The notes beneath the pieces were generated by a model. It did no database searches and was not told where the DNA came from. It was given only the letters and a program-made list of their open reading frames with translations. Shown in pieces: positions 60,916 through 64,000 of a stretch of 64,000 bases of DNA. The position numbers were made by a program, and so were the translations under genes. Position 1 is the stretch's first letter, and every line of letters starts with the position of its first letter. This DNA comes from Alphaproteobacteria bacterium (GTDB lineage Bacteria; Pseudomonadota; Alphaproteobacteria; JAAXGF01): positions 2,048,001-2,112,000 of the forward strand of contig CAUVXB020000001.1 in assembly GCA_963555825.3 (NCBI GenBank), in the 5' to 3' direction.

Positions 60916-61344
60916 CTACTGCGCGTTCTCCTTGAAATAGGCGACCAGATTGTCGACGTCCTCGTCCTTCTTGAGGCCCGGGAACGCCATCTTGGTCTTC
61001 GCTTTTTTCTTGTCGATGAAACTGCCGATAAACTTCTTGGTGCCGTCCTTCTTCCTGATGTAGCTGGCTAGGGTCTCCTCGCTCCAGACCAAGCCGGCCT
61101 CGCCGGCGGCAACCATGTCCTTGGAATACTTCGTGTAACCGTCCGCCGTCCCCGCCTGCCGGCCGAACAATGCCCAGAGGTTCGGGCCGATCTTGTGCTT
61201 GCCGCCTTCGTCGACGGTGTGGCAGGCCTTGCATTTCTTGAATACTTTCGCACCCGCTTCGGCGTCGCCTTCGGCCAACGCGGGCGAACCGGCGAAGGCG
61301 AACGCTGATACCAGGGCGATGCCGAGCAGTTTGGCCGTTCTCAT
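60916..61344 (-). CDS. cytochrome c2/c550 family protein
   Basis: Signal peptide, [26 protein letters not shown]. Confidence 0.93.
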   Translation of the reverse strand: MRTAKLLGIALVSAFAFAGSPALAEGDAEAGAKVFKKCKACHTVDEGGKHKIGPNLWALFGRQAGTADGYTKYSKDMVAAGEAGLVWSEETLASYIRKKDGTKKFIGSFIDKKKAKTKMAFPGLKKDEDVDNLVAYFKENAQ

Positions 61345-61433
61345 CAAACGTCTCCTGAAAATTCGAAATTCGGTGGCATTATCTACATTTTCGGCGCGCG
61401 GCATAGCGGTTTCAACCGGCCCCGCGTGACTCA

Positions 61434-62608
61434 TACCAGTGAGCCTATGAAATCACCTTCATGATCCATGGATAGGCGCAGAGGGTTCGCATACGATCCG
61501 GTTCTGCGATGAGGTCGATCCATGCTTGGCAACAGGCGTCGATGATGGCCTCGGTGTCGTCGAGGACGCGGAGCGATAGGAAGCGTTCGCGTAGGTAGAG
61601 CCAAACCCGCTCGACGGGGTTGAGTTCGGGACTGTAAGGCGGCAACAGCGCCAAGGTGACGTTGTCGGGGACGGTGAGGGCGCGCTCGTCGTGCCAACCG
61701 GCGCCGTCGCACATCATGACGGCGTGCGCATCCTGGTCCAGGGTATCGGCGAAGTGTGCGAGAAACAGGTCCATGACCTTGGCGTTGACGCTCGGCATCA
61801 CCAGGGTGACGTCGTCGCCGGTGTCCGGGCGCACGGCGGAGAAGATGTAGGCCCACTGGTAGCCGATTTGACGCGTCCCGGGGGCACGCTCGCCCCTGCG
61901 CCACCACCGGTGACACACCCGGCCCTTGTTGCCGACGCGCGCTTCATCCTGAAACCACAGCTGTAGGCGCTTGTCGGGATGCGCCGCGGCGGTCGCCTTC
62001 AGGATGTCGCGAAGCCCCCTTTTTTGAAGCGCTCCTGCGCTTCGGCGTCCCTTCGCGGGTGGCTCGGGCGCGCCTTCTGGCGGGAAAATCCCATCCGCCG
62101 TAGAACCCGGGTCATGCTCGAGGGGTGGTAGGTCTTGGCGAAGCGCTCCTCCAGCCAGCGGCACAGATCGGCCCGGGTCCAGGCGCAAACCCCGTCGCGC
62201 TCAGGCTCCGGCCCGGCGATGATGACCGCCGCCAGCGCCGCTTCCTCGTCTGCCGTCAGCCGCCGCGGCGAGTAGCCCTTTGGACGGTCGTGAAGCCCCT
62301 CCAATCCCTTTGCATTGTAACGAACAACCGCGTCGCGAAGCGTTTGGCGATCCATCCCCGCAAGCCGCGCGGCATCAGCCCGGGGCATCTCCTCCAAAGC
62401 ATTCGCGATCCCATAGGCCCGCGCCGCCGCTCGACCGTACGATTCCACGCGAGCCCAGCGCCGAAGCTCCAAAGGCGTCAAATCATCCCGTATCTTGAGT
62501 GCTGATCCCATGACATCCCCCACATCTGGTGGGAGACCATAGAATCACAATCCGCCATCATCCGCCATCAATGAATATCCCGAGAGTCAATTCAGGCGCT
62601 CACTGGTA
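61434..62608 (-). mobile_element. IS630-family insertion sequence
   Basis: TA-flanked IRs TACCAGTGAGC / GCTCACTGGTA; two ORFs joined by slippery site AAAAAAGGGGG. Confidence 0.93.
61445..62523 (-). CDS. IS630 transposase (programmed -1 frameshift near 62015-62026)
   Basis: HTH half ...QERFKKGG; catalytic half [24 protein letters not shown]. Confidence 0.9.
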
Positions 62609-62621
62609 TCAGGCCAATTCA

Positions 62622-63116
62622 TCAGCAGTTTACACAAGCCGCGACGGGCAGGCCGCGGTTGAGCCAGCCAGGGCCGTGCGCCGAGCCGATCATGCCTTCC
62701 GAGATGCTGTAGACCGTCGAGAAACCGCTTCTTTCGAGCAGTCCTTGCGCATAGGCGGAGCGGTTGCCGCGCGCGCAGATCAAGGCGATGGGGGTCGATT
62801 TGTCATTGCCGACCGCCGCCAGAACGTCGTCGACGAAGGTCGGATTCGCGACGCCCCATTCGGGCAGCAATGCGACCTCGCGCGCGCCTTCGGGCACGCC
62901 GGTCTGGGTCCATTCCTCGATCGTGCGCACATCGACGATGACGAGTTCGCCCGAGCTTGCCAACGCGTGTGCACGTGGCGCGTCGATGACCTCGCCGCCG
63001 GCCAGCGCGGCCGACGCGACGATCGTCCATACCGCCTACCCGGCGACGAGGCATCGCCTCGCCGCCGGGTAGGCGCCGCCGGTCTTCGGAATAGCTGCGT
63101 CGGCCGTGGCTCGCAT
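62622..63116 (-). pseudogene. secreted rhodanese-domain protein with an in-frame TAG in the leader
   Basis: ATG 63116 with GAGG RBS; TAG at 63036-63038; DVRTIEEW, ICARGNRS; may be expressed from TTG 62963. Confidence 0.65.
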
Positions 63117-63135
63117 CGCCCCTCGTGGGTCGCGT

Positions 63136-63999
63136 TTAGAACGACGCGCGGTACTCATCGGGCAGGAACATCAGCGAATCGGTGTCCTCGGCCGCGATAT
63201 GGCAACCGATACAGAACGCGACGTTCTTCGAGCCGGCGCCGTTCGTCGTGCCGATGACCTTACCGCTCGGCAAGACCAGCGTATAACGCCAGTTGCCGCT
63301 GTCGGCGTTGAAGTTGGCCGGCATCTTCTCCATGACGAACAGCGGTCCGGCCGATATCTTGCCGCCGCGGACGACGAAGCTGTCCTTGGCGAGGACCGCA
63401 CCGGCCGGCAGCCGGCCGACATCCTCGTACTTGCCGTACGTCTTCGCCTTCCTGTTGCCGTAATTCTGGACGAAACGGCCGCCATGCGTGTCCGACACAT
63501 AGGCACGCGTGCTGAACTGCATCCAGCCCTGATAGTCGGCCGCGACGGCGAGGCCCGTCGCCGACATCAGCTTTGACTTGGCGTAACCCGCCCCCATGGC
63601 GCCCTTCGCGCAATCATACGCCGCCAACGCCTCGGCGTCGGTCAGCTCGACTTCGGCCGCCGCCGCGCCACAGGGAGCACACGGATTGCACGCGCCGCAG
63701 GGATTGCACGGATTGCAGGCCGACGCCGCGCAGGGATTGCACGGATTGCAGGCGGCGGCCGCGCAGGGGTTACACGGATTGCATGCCGACGCCGCACAAG
63801 GGTTGCACGGGTTGCAGGCGGCGGCCGCGCAGGGATTGCACGGGTTGCAGGCGGCTGCCGCACAGGGATTGCACGGGTTGCACGCCGAGGCGGCACAGGG
63901 GTTACACGGATTGCAGGCGGCGGCCGCGCAGGGATTGCAGGCCGACGCCGTCACCAGGCGGGGAACCACGCAATGGGTCGTGCCACCGGCCGCAGCCGC
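63136..63999 (-). CDS. cytochrome P460-family protein with Cys-rich CNPC repeats (5' end outside the window)
   Basis: [25 protein letters not shown]-terminal CIGCH; frame open to the window edge. Confidence 0.8.
   Translation of the reverse strand, partial: AAAAGGTTHCVVPRLVTASACNPCAAAACNPCNPCAASACNPCNPCAAAACNPCNPCAAAACNPCNPCAASACNPCNPCAAAACNPCNPCAASACNPCNPCGACNPCAPCGAAAAEVELTDAEALAAYDCAKGAMGAGYAKSKLMSATGLAVAADYQGWMQFSTRAYVSDTHGGRFVQNYGNRKAKTYGKYEDVGRLPAGAVLAKDSFVVRGGKISAGPLFVMEKMPANFNADSGNWRYTLVLPSGKVIGTTNGAGSKNVAFCIGCHIAAEDTDSLMFLPDEYRASF
63670..63939 (-). repeat. 33-bp tandem repeat encoding AA(A/S)ACNPCNPC, seven full units
   Basis: 26 Cys in 90 codons. Confidence 0.92.
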
Positions 64000-64000
64000 G

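Overview
GC-rich alphaproteobacterial (Rhodospirillales-like) chromosomal segment. The backbone carries housekeeping and catabolic genes: gor, gabD, glmUS, a polyamine-type ABC importer, tRNA-Val(CAC), acyl-CoA/carnitine-type genes, a dispersed D-arginine/2-ketoarginine route (dauA-like, aruI, gbuA), a heme/ferredoxin adenylate cyclase coupled to an Mla/Pqi operon, a TAXI-TRAP system and c-type cytochromes. Mobile DNA includes IS3-, IS66- and IS630-family elements, two ~270-bp TA-flanked MITEs and several small palindromic repeats. The most striking unannotated pattern is that cargo genes sit between a host gene's 3' end and a second, mostly synonymously recoded copy of that same 3' end, with no integrase in the window. 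This is clear for glmS (56 bp) and a mandelate-racemase-family gene (49 bp), probable for gbuA (26 bp) and possible for a TetR gene (23 bp). The cargo includes AT-rich, defence-like genes (an NDT/TIR-like protein, socAB-like TA with a nonsense-interrupted toxin, and a 4-TM protein). Also notable are an MlaD with nine 18-aa helical repeats and a cytochrome P460-fold protein carrying a 26-Cys CNPC repeat. All family assignments come from motif recognition by eye; no database search was run.
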